From assembly GCA_035531135.1 (NCBI GenBank), contig DATKTN010000171.1:1-60929 (forward strand): a stretch of 60,929 nucleotides of DNA, read 5' to 3'. The notes below the pieces were generated by a model. The model did not search any database and had not been told where the DNA came from. It worked only from the letters and a program-made list of their open reading frames with translations. A program made the translations under genes and the position numbers. This DNA is from Anaerolineae bacterium (GTDB lineage: Bacteria; Chloroflexota; Anaerolineae; B4-G1). Positions 19,512-29,827 of the stretch are shown piece by piece (the stretch's first letter is position 1; every line of letters begins with the position of its first letter).

Positions 19512-20777
19512 ATGTCTATACCTGGCCCTCAAGATATCACACGCCACGAACTGTCCAACGGCATCACCGTGCTGGTGCGCGAGAACCACAACAGCCCGTC
19601 GGTCGTCATAGGCGGTTATTTACCCGTAGGGGCCTACGACGAACGGTCGGAGCAGGCTGGACTGGCCGCCTTTACGGCCAGTGCTCTGATGCGTGGCACC
19701 GCACATCGCACCTTTGAACAAATCTACGAGGAGATGGAATCGGTCGGCGCCAACGTGGGCGTCGGTGGAGGTACTCACACCACTGGTTTTGGCACCAAGA
19801 GCCTGGTCGAGGACCTGCCGTTGGTGCTCGACATCCTCGCCGACGTGCTGCGCCATCCTACCTTCCCGCACGATGGCGTCGAGAAATTGCGCGGCGAGAT
19901 CCTCACTGACCTGGAGGAACGCGCCCACGACACCGGGCGCATGGCCAGCCTTGCTTTCTACGAACTGGCCTACCCTCAAGAGCATCCCTATTCTAAAAGT
20001 CTCCTCGGCTACACCGCGACGGTGAGCGGGCTTGGCCGTGACGACCTGGCTGAGTTCTACGCCGGCGGCTATGGCCCGCAGGGGATGGTCGTCGTCCTGG
20101 TGGGGGCGGTGAAGACGGCTGACGCTCTGGCGCAGGTTGAGGCCACCTTCGGCGATTGGGAGGGCCGCACCTACACGCGTGATCCACTCCCCCAAGTTCC
20201 CCACATCACCGAGGTTCGTGCGCGTACCACTTCCATTCCCGGCAAGACGCAATCGGACATCGTCCTGGGCTATCCCGGCCCTCCGCGTGCCGCGCCGGAC
20301 TTTTTGGATGCACTCGTGTGCAACACAATCCTGGGCGTCTTTGGATTGATGGGCCGGCTGGGGGAGAACGTGCGCGACGAGCAGGGGCTGGCCTACTATT
20401 CGTTCAGTCGCGTGGCCGGTGGTCCTGGCCCTGGCCCGTGGCACGTCATCGCTGGCGTCAACCCGGTCAACGTCGAGCCAGCCATCGCCGGCATCCGCGT
20501 CGAGATTCGCCGCATTTGCGAGGAGCCGGTGGGCGAGGACGAGTTGGAGGACAACAAGGCGTTTATTACGGGCAGTCTGCCCCTGCGCCTGGAGACCAAC
20601 GGGGGGGTAGCGCAGGCCATTCTTGACATGGAGCGTTACAGCCTGGGCCTGGACTACTTGCAGCGATACGCGGACCTGATCGGGACGATCACCGCCGAGC
20701 AAGTGCAGGCCGTCGCACAGCGCTGGCTCGACCCTGACGCATATGCCCTGAGCATTGCCGGTCCTCCCGCACCGTGA
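19512..20777 (+). CDS. M16 family peptidase, non-catalytic subunit
   Basis: M16 fold signature; HxxEH replaced by AFTAS. Confidence 0.9.
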   Translation: MSIPGPQDITRHELSNGITVLVRENHNSPSVVIGGYLPVGAYDERSEQAGLAAFTASALMRGTAHRTFEQIYEEMESVGANVGVGGGTHTTGFGTKSLVEDLPLVLDILADVLRHPTFPHDGVEKLRGEILTDLEERAHDTGRMASLAFYELAYPQEHPYSKSLLGYTATVSGLGRDDLAEFYAGGYGPQGMVVVLVGAVKTADALAQVEATFGDWEGRTYTRDPLPQVPHITEVRARTTSIPGKTQSDIVLGYPGPPRAAPDFLDALVCNTILGVFGLMGRLGENVRDEQGLAYYSFSRVAGGPGPGPWHVIAGVNPVNVEPAIAGIRVEIRRICEEPVGEDELEDNKAFITGSLPLRLETNGGVAQAILDMERYSLGLDYLQRYADLIGTITAEQVQAVAQRWLDPDAYALSIAGPPAP

Positions 20778-20789
20778 TACCCGCTGCCG

Positions 20790-20831
20790 TTTCACGCATC
20801 ACGCTTCAGGCATCACGCATCACGTATTACG
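20790..20831. repeat. Heptamer tandem repeat (catcacg-like x6)
   Basis: tttcacg catcacg cttcagg catcacg catcacg tattacg. Confidence 0.75.
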
Positions 20832-20835
20832 TTCT

Positions 20836-21210
20836 ATGCTTACCGTCGGCGTTGACCTGGTCACGATCGCCCGCCTTGAGCGGGTGCTGCAGCGCTACCG
20901 CGATCGATTCTTGGAGCGTGTCTTCACTCCGGCCGAGATTACGTATTGCCGGGGGCGCACCGCGGAGCTTGCGGCCCGTTTCGCTGCCAAGGAGGCTGCC
21001 TCCAAGGCGCTGGGCGTGGGCATGCGGATGATCGCCCGCGATGGCATCGATTGGCGGGACGTGGAGGTCATCGGCGACCCACGGGGCAAGCCGCTCATCC
21101 ATCTTTATGGCCGCGCCGCTGAGCGTGCTGGTGAACTCGGGCTGACCGAGTGGGCCATCAGCCTATCCCACACCCGCGAACACGCCATCGCCTTTGTGGT
21201 AGCGCAGTGA
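20836..21210 (+). CDS. acpS: Holo-ACP synthase
   Basis: VGVDLV, ARFAAKEAASKALG, ISLSHT. Confidence 0.95.
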   Translation: MLTVGVDLVTIARLERVLQRYRDRFLERVFTPAEITYCRGRTAELAARFAAKEAASKALGVGMRMIARDGIDWRDVEVIGDPRGKPLIHLYGRAAERAGELGLTEWAISLSHTREHAIAFVVAQ

Positions 21211-21281
21211 GTTCCTTGCTCCCCCGCTGCTCCTGTGGTACACTACCAGGGCATAGACCAGATGGAGGAATATCCGACACC

Positions 21282-22268
21282 ATGAGCAACAAGAAAGGCC
21301 GCGTCTTTTCCGGCGCTCGGCCCACCGGCCGCCAGCACCTGGGCAACTACCTGGGCGCCATCCGCAACTATGTCGCGTTGCAGGACGATTACGACTGCAT
21401 CTACTGCGTCGTGGATCTGCACGCGCTGACCACGCTCGAGGACACCGATCGGTTACGCAGTTGGACGTACGAGATGACGCTGGACTGGCTGGCTGCCGGC
21501 ATGGATCCCGAACGCGGCACGATCATCTTTGTCCAGTCCCACGTGCCACAGGTGACCGAGTTGCATCTCATGCTATCGATGGCGACCCCCCTGGGCTGGC
21601 TGACCCGGTTGCCCACGTTCAAGGAGAAGGTACGCCAGCATCCAGATAACGTCAACTACGGGCTGGTGGGCTACCCGGTGCTGATGGCTGCCGACATCAC
21701 CCTCTACAAGGCCGACACGGTCCCGGTGGGAGTGGACCAGGCTCCCCATCTGGAGTTCACCCGGGAGATCGTGCGTCGCTTCAACCACCACTTTGGCGAC
21801 CTGTTGATCGAGCCGCAGGCCAAGTTCACCGACTTTCCCAAGGTGCTGGGGCTTGACGGCCAGCAGAAGATGAGCAAGTCGCTGAACAACCACATCGAAA
21901 TAGCCGCCTCGCCGGAGGAAATTCAGAAGAAGGTGATGCAGATGGTCACCGACCCGGCCCGCCGCTATCGCACAGATCCTGGCCATCCAGAGGTATGCAA
22001 CGTCTTCACCTTGCACGATTTCTTCTCGCCCGACGATGTGGCGCAGATCGAGACGGATTGCCGTTCTGCGGCCATCGGTTGCGTGGCGTGCAAGCGGCTC
22101 TTCGCCAAGAACCTGGCCGCCTACTTTGCTCCCTTCCGCGAGCGGCGGGCAGCTCTGGCCGCAGACCCCGATCGCGTGTGGGACATCCTGGCTGATGGTG
22201 CCCGCCGGGCGTCCGTCATCGCCGCCGAGACCATCACCGAGGTCAAGGCGGCGGCAGGGCTACCGTGA
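21282..22268 (+). CDS. trpS: Tryptophan--tRNA ligase
   Basis: SGARPTG..HLGNY, YPVLMAADI, KMSKS. Confidence 0.96.
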   Translation: MSNKKGRVFSGARPTGRQHLGNYLGAIRNYVALQDDYDCIYCVVDLHALTTLEDTDRLRSWTYEMTLDWLAAGMDPERGTIIFVQSHVPQVTELHLMLSMATPLGWLTRLPTFKEKVRQHPDNVNYGLVGYPVLMAADITLYKADTVPVGVDQAPHLEFTREIVRRFNHHFGDLLIEPQAKFTDFPKVLGLDGQQKMSKSLNNHIEIAASPEEIQKKVMQMVTDPARRYRTDPGHPEVCNVFTLHDFFSPDDVAQIETDCRSAAIGCVACKRLFAKNLAAYFAPFRERRAALAADPDRVWDILADGARRASVIAAETITEVKAAAGLP

Positions 22269-22287
22269 ACCTGCGGTGACTTGTCCC

Positions 22288-22671
22288 ATGAAGGACAACG
22301 ACACCACCGTCGCTGACCTGCGCCAGCGTGTGGCTGGATTTGTGTCCGCCCGCGCCTGGGAACAGTTCCACACCCCCAAGAACTTGAGCGTCGCCATTGC
22401 CATCGAGGCTGCCGAACTGATGGAGCACTTCCAGTGGCTCACGATCGAGCAGGCCGTAGATGCCGTGCAGGACGAGGCGAAGCGAGCTGCTGTGGCCGAC
22501 GAACTGGCGGACGTGCTCATCTACGGGATCAGCCTGGCAAACGCGCTGGGCGTGGACGTGAGCACAGTAGTGCTGGCCAAACTGGATCGTAACGAGGATC
22601 GCTTTCCCGTCGAGGAGTGGCGGGGACGCGCACGAGGAGTGAAGGCACACCGTTCTACTGAGGGAACGTGA
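22288..22671 (+). CDS. MazG-like nucleotide pyrophosphohydrolase
   Basis: WEQFHTPKNL, EAAE...ELAD metal-binding motif intact. Confidence 0.9.
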   Translation: MKDNDTTVADLRQRVAGFVSARAWEQFHTPKNLSVAIAIEAAELMEHFQWLTIEQAVDAVQDEAKRAAVADELADVLIYGISLANALGVDVSTVVLAKLDRNEDRFPVEEWRGRARGVKAHRSTEGT

Positions 22672-22691
22672 ACCCCAGGGAGGATAATGAA

Positions 22692-23090
22692 ATGATCGGC
22701 AAACTACCCGAAACCGTGTTGGAAGCCTTGCTGGAGACCGTCCCATTTGAATTCTCGGTGATTGACCAGAACGACAAGGTACTGGCGTGGAACAAGCACG
22801 ACACGAGAATCTTCAAGCGGCCCGCTGGAGTCGTGGGCAGGGACGTGCGTGACTGCCATCCCAAGAAGAGCCTGCACAAGGTTGAGCAGCTCTTGGAGGA
22901 GATGAAGGCAGGCACCCGGGACAGAGCACGCTTTTGGATCGACCTCTCGATTGGCGGCGAGAAACAGAAGGTGCTCATCGAGTATTATGCCCTGAGAGAC
23001 GCGGAAGGGAGGTACCTGGGCTGTCTTGAAGCCACCCAGAATATCCAGGAGCTACAGTCACTGGCGGGTGAGAAACGGTTGCTCGATTGA
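22692..23090 (+). CDS. Stand-alone PAS domain protein (PAS_10/DUF438-like)
   Basis: SVIDQNDKV, GRDVRDCHP, YLGCLE; RBS GGAGGA. Confidence 0.8.
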   Translation: MIGKLPETVLEALLETVPFEFSVIDQNDKVLAWNKHDTRIFKRPAGVVGRDVRDCHPKKSLHKVEQLLEEMKAGTRDRARFWIDLSIGGEKQKVLIEYYALRDAEGRYLGCLEATQNIQELQSLAGEKRLLD

Positions 23091-23111
23091 GCCGGAAAGC
23101 AGGGGCCGTAG

Positions 23112-23549
23112 ATGCGGGCAGTCGTACAGCGAGTGAGCAGGGGTTCGGTGAGCGTGGGGGGCCAGGTCATCGGCGCGATTGAGCGGGGCGTCGTCGTGCT
23201 GGTGGGTGTCACCCACGGCGACACAGAAGAACGGGCCGAGTGGCTGGCGCGCAAGATCGCTGGCCTGCGGATCTTTGAGGACCGCGCGGGCAAAATGAAC
23301 GCCGGCCTGCTGGACGTGGACGGCGCGGCGCTGGTTATCTCCCAGTTCACGCTTTACGCCGACGCTCGCAAGGGCCGCCGCCCGGGCTTCACGGATGCCG
23401 CTCCACCGGAGGTGGCCGAGCCGCTGGTGGAGTACTTTGCCCGGGCGCTGCGGAACCACGGCGTGCCCGTCGAGACCGGCGTCTTTGGCGCGGACATGCT
23501 GGTCGAGATCCACAACGACGGCCCCGTAACCATTCTTCTGGAGCGGTAG
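23112..23549 (+). CDS. dtd: D-aminoacyl-tRNA deacylase
   Basis: [19 protein letters not shown]. Confidence 0.97.
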   Translation: MRAVVQRVSRGSVSVGGQVIGAIERGVVVLVGVTHGDTEERAEWLARKIAGLRIFEDRAGKMNAGLLDVDGAALVISQFTLYADARKGRRPGFTDAAPPEVAEPLVEYFARALRNHGVPVETGVFGADMLVEIHNDGPVTILLER

Positions 23550-23670
23550 CACAAGGTCGGGATGAGCGGGTGGACACGAGGCCGGTCGCATCCTTTTCGT
23601 ATTGTCAGGGTTGTAGCATGAGCAGTAGGTTGTCCGGTTGAACGCCATGGCTGCACAGGAGGCGAGCCTG

Positions 23671-24516
23671 ATGGTCAAGATCGTGACTGATACCCTCTCC
23701 AGCCTTCCTCTCCACGTGGCCGAGGAAGGCGAGATCCCGATGCTGCCGCAGATCATCATATTCGGCGAGGAGTCGTATCGGGATGACACCGAGATGGACA
23801 CTCACACCTTCCTGGAGAGACTGCGTGCGTCGCCCGTCCTGCCCAAGACCGCCGCACCGCCCCCGGCCTTGTACACCCCCATCTTCGAGCGATTGGTCGC
23901 GGAGGGCCACACGGTCATCTGCCTGCATCCCTCTACCGAGCTGAGCGGCACTGTCCGATCCGCCAGTGTCGCCGCGCAGGATTTTCCCGCTGCCGATATA
24001 CGCGTGATCGATACCCGCGCGATCGGTGGCCCGCTGGGCGAGATGGTCCTTCTGGCTGCCCGATGGGCCCGTGAGGGCGCTGACGCCGACACAATCGTGG
24101 CCCGCGTGCGCGATCTAATGGCCCGCCAGCGTACGTACTTTGTGGTGGATACGCTGGAATACCTGCACAGGGGCGGGCGCATCGGCGGGGCGAAAGCGCT
24201 CCTGGGAGGGGTATTGCACGTCAAGCCCATCCTCACGCTGCAGGATGGGCAAGTGGAGCCGTTAGAACAGCAGCGCACAGCACGACGCGCGCTGGCCCGG
24301 CTGCGGGAACTGGTCTTGGAGGAGTGCCCCCACAGCGGCGAGGCTCATCTCTGCCTCATGCACGCTGACGCTGAGGCGGAGGCACAGGCCCTGGCGGCCG
24401 ACTTTGCCGCAGCGATAGACGTGCCGAATGTGCCTATCTACGAGGTGCCCCCTGCCATCGTCGTCCATGCCGGGCCGGGGGTGCTGGCGGCCGGTTTCTT
24501 CGCCGCCCAGGCATGA
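23671..24516 (+). CDS. DegV family fatty-acid-binding protein
   Basis: KIVTD, LSGT, DTLEYLHRGGRIG, VKPIL, HAGPG; ATG after AGGAGG. Confidence 0.93.
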   Translation: MVKIVTDTLSSLPLHVAEEGEIPMLPQIIIFGEESYRDDTEMDTHTFLERLRASPVLPKTAAPPPALYTPIFERLVAEGHTVICLHPSTELSGTVRSASVAAQDFPAADIRVIDTRAIGGPLGEMVLLAARWAREGADADTIVARVRDLMARQRTYFVVDTLEYLHRGGRIGGAKALLGGVLHVKPILTLQDGQVEPLEQQRTARRALARLRELVLEECPHSGEAHLCLMHADAEAEAQALAADFAAAIDVPNVPIYEVPPAIVVHAGPGVLAAGFFAAQA

Positions 24517-24534
24517 TGGGCCAAGGGGTTACGG

Positions 24535-25656
24535 ATGGTAGAGATTCACAAGGTAGATACTACTGAGCCAGGGGACGCGAAACGGTTTGTCCAGTTTCCG
24601 TTTCGCCTGTATCGAGGCTGCCCCCAGTGGGTACCACCGTTGGTCTCCAGCGCGCGCAAGCAACTGGACCGGGAGCGCCACCCCTTCTACCGCCACTCCG
24701 ATGCCGACTTTTTCTTGGCGCTCCAGCGTGGCGAGGTGGTCGGGCGCATCGCCGTGCTGGAGCCGCGCAGACGCAACGCCTACCGGGACAAGCAGGGTGC
24801 CTTCTTCTACTTGTTTGAGACAGTGGAGGACATCGAGGTCGCCCGGGCGCTTTTTGCCGCTGCGTTCGACTGGGCACGGCACCGGCGTTTGGAGGGGATC
24901 AGCGGCCCGGATGGGCTCCTCCCTGGCGACGGCTTGGGCGTCCTGGTCAAGGGCTTTGAACACCGGCCGGCGATGGGCATCGCCTATAACTATCCGTACT
25001 ATGACGCTTTCATCAAGGACTCGGGATTCCACAAGCAGACCGACTATTACTCCTGCTACGTGCCAGGGGACTTTTGTTTGCCGGAGCGAATCTGTCGCAT
25101 TGCGGAAAAGATAAAAGAGCGCAGGGGATTCCAGGTACTTTGCTTTGAGAGCAAGGACGAGTTGCGGGCCATCGCTCCCCGGGTGATCGAGGCCTACAAC
25201 GCCGCCTTCTCAGAGAACCGAGAGTTTGTCCCCATGACTGGCGACGATGCCAGGAAGATCGCCCAGCGGATCATTGACCTGACCCAGCCGGAGTTGGTCA
25301 AGCTCGTTGCCAAGGGGGACGAGATCATCGGCTTTGCGCTGGGCTTTCCTGACGTTTCAGCAGCGTTACAACGCTGCAAGGGGCGGCTGTGGCCGTTCGG
25401 CTGGGCGCTGCTCCTCTGGGAGTCCAGGCACACCTGTTGGGTCAACTTTAACGGGGGCGGCGTCCTCCCCAAGTACCAAGGGCTGGGTGTAAACGCCGTC
25501 CTATACGCTGAGCTATACAAGGTCTTCAGGGAGCGTGAATTCCTGCACGCCGATATCGTACAGGTCAATGAGCGCAACACAAAGATGGTGCATGAAATGG
25601 AGGCGCTGGGGGCAGACTTTTACAAGGCGCACCGCATCTACGAGCGCGCGCTCTGA
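24535..25656 (+). CDS. Two-domain GNAT acyltransferase, YghO/bacterial ceramide synthase-like
   Basis: FPFRLY...WVPPL, HPFY, VVGRIA, GP.G, YNYPYY, YQGLG. Confidence 0.78.
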   Translation: MVEIHKVDTTEPGDAKRFVQFPFRLYRGCPQWVPPLVSSARKQLDRERHPFYRHSDADFFLALQRGEVVGRIAVLEPRRRNAYRDKQGAFFYLFETVEDIEVARALFAAAFDWARHRRLEGISGPDGLLPGDGLGVLVKGFEHRPAMGIAYNYPYYDAFIKDSGFHKQTDYYSCYVPGDFCLPERICRIAEKIKERRGFQVLCFESKDELRAIAPRVIEAYNAAFSENREFVPMTGDDARKIAQRIIDLTQPELVKLVAKGDEIIGFALGFPDVSAALQRCKGRLWPFGWALLLWESRHTCWVNFNGGGVLPKYQGLGVNAVLYAELYKVFREREFLHADIVQVNERNTKMVHEMEALGADFYKAHRIYERAL

Positions 25657-25851
25657 GGGCGTTACCCTCACGCCTGACTCGCTCCCAGTGGCGAGCGTCC
25701 GGGCGTACCGGCGGTCATCCACGTACATTCGGATGCCCGCCGTTTCACTGTGTGGGATAGCAAAGCGCGCGAGTTCGCCCGCCGGAATCCGGTCCCAGCG
25801 CCGGAGTGCCCGTGCCGAGTCCGCTGTGCAATGGAGGATTGGCACCACGTC

Positions 25852-25880
25852 TTGCCCCAAAGGGACATCGCTGGTATAAT
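25852..25880 (+). promoter_or_regulatory. Sigma70-type promoter of the two-component operon
   Basis: TTGCCC-17 nt-TATAAT. Confidence 0.7.
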
Positions 25881-25906
25881 TAAACAGAAGAATATAAGAG
25901 GAAAGG

Positions 25907-27301
25907 TTGGATTATCGGATGACATGGCTGCGAGATACTCTCGCCGCTCATCAGTTGGTGCTGGAACTTTTACATGGTCAGGCCTTTTTCGTGCTGGGCC
26001 TCTCAATCGTCTTCCTCGCCCGCCGAGGTGTACGGCTGGAGATCGCCCGTGCTCTTCCACGTCTGGCGGTCTTTGGGTTTTGTGAGGCGTTGGTAGCCTG
26101 GATTTCCGCGTGGTTCGTGTCTTGGGATGCTCCGCATCCGTGGCTCGCTTGGTCGCGGCTGTTCCTGATGGTCATTGGCTACATGTTCCTGCTGGCTTTT
26201 GCCTTGCAGACCTATGTGCCGCCTGACGAGAGAAAGTGGAAGCAGTGGGCATTGGCCGGCGGTGTCCTTATGGTGGGGTTGGTCGGTTTGGTCGTCGCTC
26301 GCCTGGCCAGCGTGCCTTCGGACCAGGTGTGGCTCGGCGGCGAGATCGCTGCACGATACGGGCTGGCACTCCCCGGCGGTCTGCTCGGGGCGTGGGGGCT
26401 GCGCCGCCAGACCTACCGCACGATCGAACCGGAACGGCTGCCGCTGGTCAAGCTCCTGGTGCGTGTTACCGGGTTGGCTCTCGGATTCTTCGCCTTGTTC
26501 GGAGGGCTGATCGGCCCGGCTGCACCTTTTTTCCCCGCGAGTTGGCTTAACCAGGAAGTACTTTTGCAGGCGGTGGGCATTCCGATCGCGCTCCTCCGGG
26601 GCTTGTGTGGCATCGCCATCACGTATGGGGTCGTGCGGGCGCTGGGTGTCGTCTTGAACGAGGTCGAACTCTGGCTGGAGAGCGTGGAGCGAATGCAGGC
26701 ATTGGCCCGTGAGCGCGAACGCATCGGGCGTGAGCTGCACGATGGCATCATCCAGTCCATTTACGCCGCCGGGCTCATGCTGGAGGGAGCCTGGCACAGC
26801 ATCTCCGATGAGCCGGAGGTTGCGCAGGGCCAACTGACGCGCGCGATCGGCAGCCTGAACCAAACCATCCAGGACATTCGACGCTACATCTTTGACCTGC
26901 GTGGCGAGATGCCGCACGATGACCTTGAGACAGGCCTGAACAAGATGATCAGGGACTTTCGGGTCAACACGCTGCTGGTGACCAAGTTTATCGTAGAGGG
27001 CGAGGACACTCGACCGCTGGGGGCCGAGCGCCGGCAGCACATCTTTCAGATCGCCCGCGAGGCTTTGACCAACGCGGCCCGGCATGCACAGGCCCGGCAG
27101 GTCGAGGTGCGTCTGCGGTACGGCGTCAATGCGCTGCAGCTCCGCATCTCCGACGATGGCATTGGACTCCCGGCGCTGCCGATCAACAAAGGACAGGGAT
27201 TGCGCAACATCCGCGAGCGAGCGCGTTTGCTCGACGGTATGCTGGACATCGACACTGCCCCAAATAGAGGCATGACCTTGATTCTCACCGTGCCCTACTA
27301 G
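25907..27301 (+). CDS. Membrane sensor histidine kinase (HisKA_3 type)
   Basis: About seven TMs, RERIGRELHDGIIQ, EALTNAARH, DDGIG, GLRNIRERA. Confidence 0.93.
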   Translation: MDYRMTWLRDTLAAHQLVLELLHGQAFFVLGLSIVFLARRGVRLEIARALPRLAVFGFCEALVAWISAWFVSWDAPHPWLAWSRLFLMVIGYMFLLAFALQTYVPPDERKWKQWALAGGVLMVGLVGLVVARLASVPSDQVWLGGEIAARYGLALPGGLLGAWGLRRQTYRTIEPERLPLVKLLVRVTGLALGFFALFGGLIGPAAPFFPASWLNQEVLLQAVGIPIALLRGLCGIAITYGVVRALGVVLNEVELWLESVERMQALARERERIGRELHDGIIQSIYAAGLMLEGAWHSISDEPEVAQGQLTRAIGSLNQTIQDIRRYIFDLRGEMPHDDLETGLNKMIRDFRVNTLLVTKFIVEGEDTRPLGAERRQHIFQIAREALTNAARHAQARQVEVRLRYGVNALQLRISDDGIGLPALPINKGQGLRNIRERARLLDGMLDIDTAPNRGMTLILTVPY

Positions 27302-27347
27302 GCCCCATGCGTGCTGCGTGACACGTGACCGTACTCTGCAGATCGCG

Positions 27348-27396
27348 CTTCATGGTTTACGCATCACGCATCACGCATCATGCATTGCGTATTTCG
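27348..27396. repeat. Heptamer tandem repeat (catcacg-like x7)
   Basis: cttcatg gtttacg catcacg catcacg catcatg cattgcg tatttcg. Confidence 0.7.
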
Positions 27397-27408
27397 TCGA
27401 GAGGTGGT

Positions 27409-28059
27409 ATGACACTCAAAATCATCATCGTGGACGATCACGAAGTGGTCCGGCTCGGCCTGCGTACGCTCCTTGATCGTTATCCTGATTTCACGGTCAT
27501 CGACGAGGCCGCCACTGCGAAGGAAGCTGTTCAAAAAACGCTGCTTCTTCAGCCGGATGTTGTGGTGATGGACATCCGGTTGTTGGGTGGGAGCGGCATT
27601 GATGCCTGCCGGAAAATCGTCGAGCAGGCACCCGAGACCAAGGTCGTCATGTTGACCTCGTACGCAGAGGACGAGATGCTGTTCGACGCCATCGCGGCCG
27701 GGGCATGCGGCTATGTGCTCAAGCAGATCGGCAGCGACGACCTGATCCGGGCGGTGGAGGCGGTGGGGAGAGGAGAGGCGCTGCTGGACCCCGCGCTCAC
27801 GCAGAGGGTCTTTGCGCGTGTGCGCGAGGCGGCCCGCAAAGAGCACGAGGAATCCTTCGCCAGTCTCACCGACCAGGAGATGCGCGTGTTGGCCCAGGTG
27901 GCCGAGGGGAAGACGAATCGGGAGATCGCCCAGGCCCTGTTCCTGGGCGAGGGTACGGTGCGTAACTATGTCAGCAGCATCCTGAAGAAACTGGACCTGA
28001 CCAACCGGGCTGAGGCTGCTGCCTACGCGGTGGGGCACAACCTGAAGGAATTTCTCTGA
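27409..28059 (+). CDS. NarL/LuxR-family response regulator
   Basis: [20 protein letters not shown]-terminal HTH (LTDQEMRVL...TVRNYVS). Confidence 0.95.
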   Translation: MTLKIIIVDDHEVVRLGLRTLLDRYPDFTVIDEAATAKEAVQKTLLLQPDVVVMDIRLLGGSGIDACRKIVEQAPETKVVMLTSYAEDEMLFDAIAAGACGYVLKQIGSDDLIRAVEAVGRGEALLDPALTQRVFARVREAARKEHEESFASLTDQEMRVLAQVAEGKTNREIAQALFLGEGTVRNYVSSILKKLDLTNRAEAAAYAVGHNLKEFL

Positions 28060-28139
28060 CGAGGACAGCGGGTTTTTGCCCGCGCTCACCGCCGCCCGAT
28101 GGGGAAGACCCGCACAAGTTCAGGTATCCAGAGCACGTG

Positions 28140-28177
28140 AAAAAGCGGGTTGCGAGTTCAAACGACTCGCAACCCGC
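28140..28177 (-). terminator. Intrinsic terminator of the ABC transporter operon
   Basis: 13-bp stem gcgggttgcgagt/actcgcaacccgc with T5 on the minus strand. Confidence 0.8.
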
Positions 28178-28224
28178 GATGGTTTTCGGCGAATTCAGGG
28201 ATTCACTCGATTGCTACGACCTGT

Positions 28225-29694
28225 CTAAGGCGCAGCCTCTGCCAGATATTCGTTGCATTGCTCGACGGTGGCGTCTAGCTGCGCCTGGGCGTCCTCACCC
28301 GCCAGGACGGCGATGAGCATCTCCGCGACGGCGCTGCGGCACTCGTCGTAGCCGGCCACCGGCGACTCGACACCATAGTCTTCTGCCATGAAGCCAAAGG
28401 CCTTCGCGTACGTGGGGTTCTCGGCCAAGTAGTCGGCCAACAGGTCGGCCGCTGACTGGCGGGTGGCAAAGTACCCGGTGCTGCTGGCCCACGTCGCCTG
28501 CGGTTCGGGCTCGCTCAGCCACTTGATGAACAACCAGGCGGCCAACTGCTCCTTGGGGGTGCTCACGAAGAGGGACTGGCTGGCGCCGTAGATGTTCATC
28601 CGCGGTGCGTCGCGGTCAGCGCTGTGCGGTGGCGGGTTGACGCTCCAGTTGAAGCCCGCGCCCTCATTCACCGCCTGCCCGTAGTAGGACAGGCCGGAGA
28701 TGGAGCTGATGGTGAACAGCGACCGGCCCGCGCCAAAGTCGCTCTGGTCGCCGTAGCTCTCCGTCTGCTCTATCGCGCAGCCCCGATCCACCAGGTCCTT
28801 CAGGAAGGTCAGCGCGTTCAGACCAGCCTGATCGTTGAAGACATAGCCCGTGCCGTCCTCGTTGATGATGTTGCCGCCCCGGCTGAAGGCGAAGGTGGCG
28901 AAGCGGGAGGCGTCAATGGAGTACACGTAGCCGTAGCCCCCCTCGCCCGTGGTGCCTGAGAACGGCTGTTCGGCGGCGGCGCACGCCATCTCGGCGAACT
29001 CGTCCCAGGTCTCAGGCGGGCCGTCGTAGCCCAACTCGGCCAGCCAGTCCTCGTTGTAGTACATCACCTCCATGGATTTGTATGGCGGGAAGCCATAGCG
29101 GGCCTCGAACTGCGGGAGGTAGTCGGCGGCCAGCGCGATGGGGAAGAAGTCGGCCAGTTCTTCCTCCGTGTATCCCCACTTCTCGCTCTCGATGTAGGGG
29201 TCCAGCGCGACTAGCACGCCCTGGACGGCGTAGGTGGCGGCCTGGTTCTGGTAGGCCACGGCCATGCTGGGGAGCTGGTTGGCGGGGATGCCAGCGATGA
29301 TTTTCTGATACAGGTCATCGTAGCCACCCTGGGACTCTCCCTGGACCGTGATGCCCCATTCGTTGGTGCGGTTGAACTCGTCAACCAGGCTCAGCATGAG
29401 CTCCTCGCGGGAGCCGGTGTGCTGGTACCAGTAGACCACCGTCTGGCCGCTGGGGTCCAAGTTCTCCAGGTCGCCATAGATCTCCACGTCGTAGGTCAGC
29501 GGTACAGGCGTGGGCGTCGGCTCCTTTGTCGGCTCCTCTGTAGGCGCTGGCGCTTCGGTCGGTTCTTCCTTCGGGGCCGCGGTCGGTGCTGGCGCCTCGG
29601 TCGGTTCCGGGGTTGCCTGTGGCGCGCACGAGGCGACAAATGGGACAGTGAGGGCCAGGATGGCTAACACAGCAACTAGCGTTCGCATTTTCAT
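28225..29694 (-). CDS. Carbohydrate/glycerol-phosphate ABC transporter solute-binding lipoprotein (family 1)
   Basis: Lipobox VASC, PT/E-rich linker, P.TWDE, AWLFIKWL. Confidence 0.92.
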   Translation of the reverse strand: MKMRTLVAVLAILALTVPFVASCAPQATPEPTEAPAPTAAPKEEPTEAPAPTEEPTKEPTPTPVPLTYDVEIYGDLENLDPSGQTVVYWYQHTGSREELMLSLVDEFNRTNEWGITVQGESQGGYDDLYQKIIAGIPANQLPSMAVAYQNQAATYAVQGVLVALDPYIESEKWGYTEEELADFFPIALAADYLPQFEARYGFPPYKSMEVMYYNEDWLAELGYDGPPETWDEFAEMACAAAEQPFSGTTGEGGYGYVYSIDASRFATFAFSRGGNIINEDGTGYVFNDQAGLNALTFLKDLVDRGCAIEQTESYGDQSDFGAGRSLFTISSISGLSYYGQAVNEGAGFNWSVNPPPHSADRDAPRMNIYGASQSLFVSTPKEQLAAWLFIKWLSEPEPQATWASSTGYFATRQSAADLLADYLAENPTYAKAFGFMAEDYGVESPVAGYDECRSAVAEMLIAVLAGEDAQAQLDATVEQCNEYLAEAAP

Positions 29695-29827
29695 TGTCGT
29701 TTCTCCTCCAAGTTCAGATTAGATTACCCATTAAGTGGGAAACTGGTCGATTGGTAGACTGGTGAATCGTTTGCTTCCTTCGCGTATCACCCCCTTTCGC
29801 CTTGCGTTTCGCGCGGCACATTTTGCG

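Noticed and set aside
21211-21281. T-box leader for trpS
   Set aside because: Only ~70 nt separate acpS from trpS, with an extended -10 inside; no T-box consensus. None is seen before proS either
25710-25745. ncRNA after the GNAT gene
   Set aside because: A single 10-bp hairpin (ggcggtcatcc/ggatgcccgcc) with no further support; probably a weak terminator
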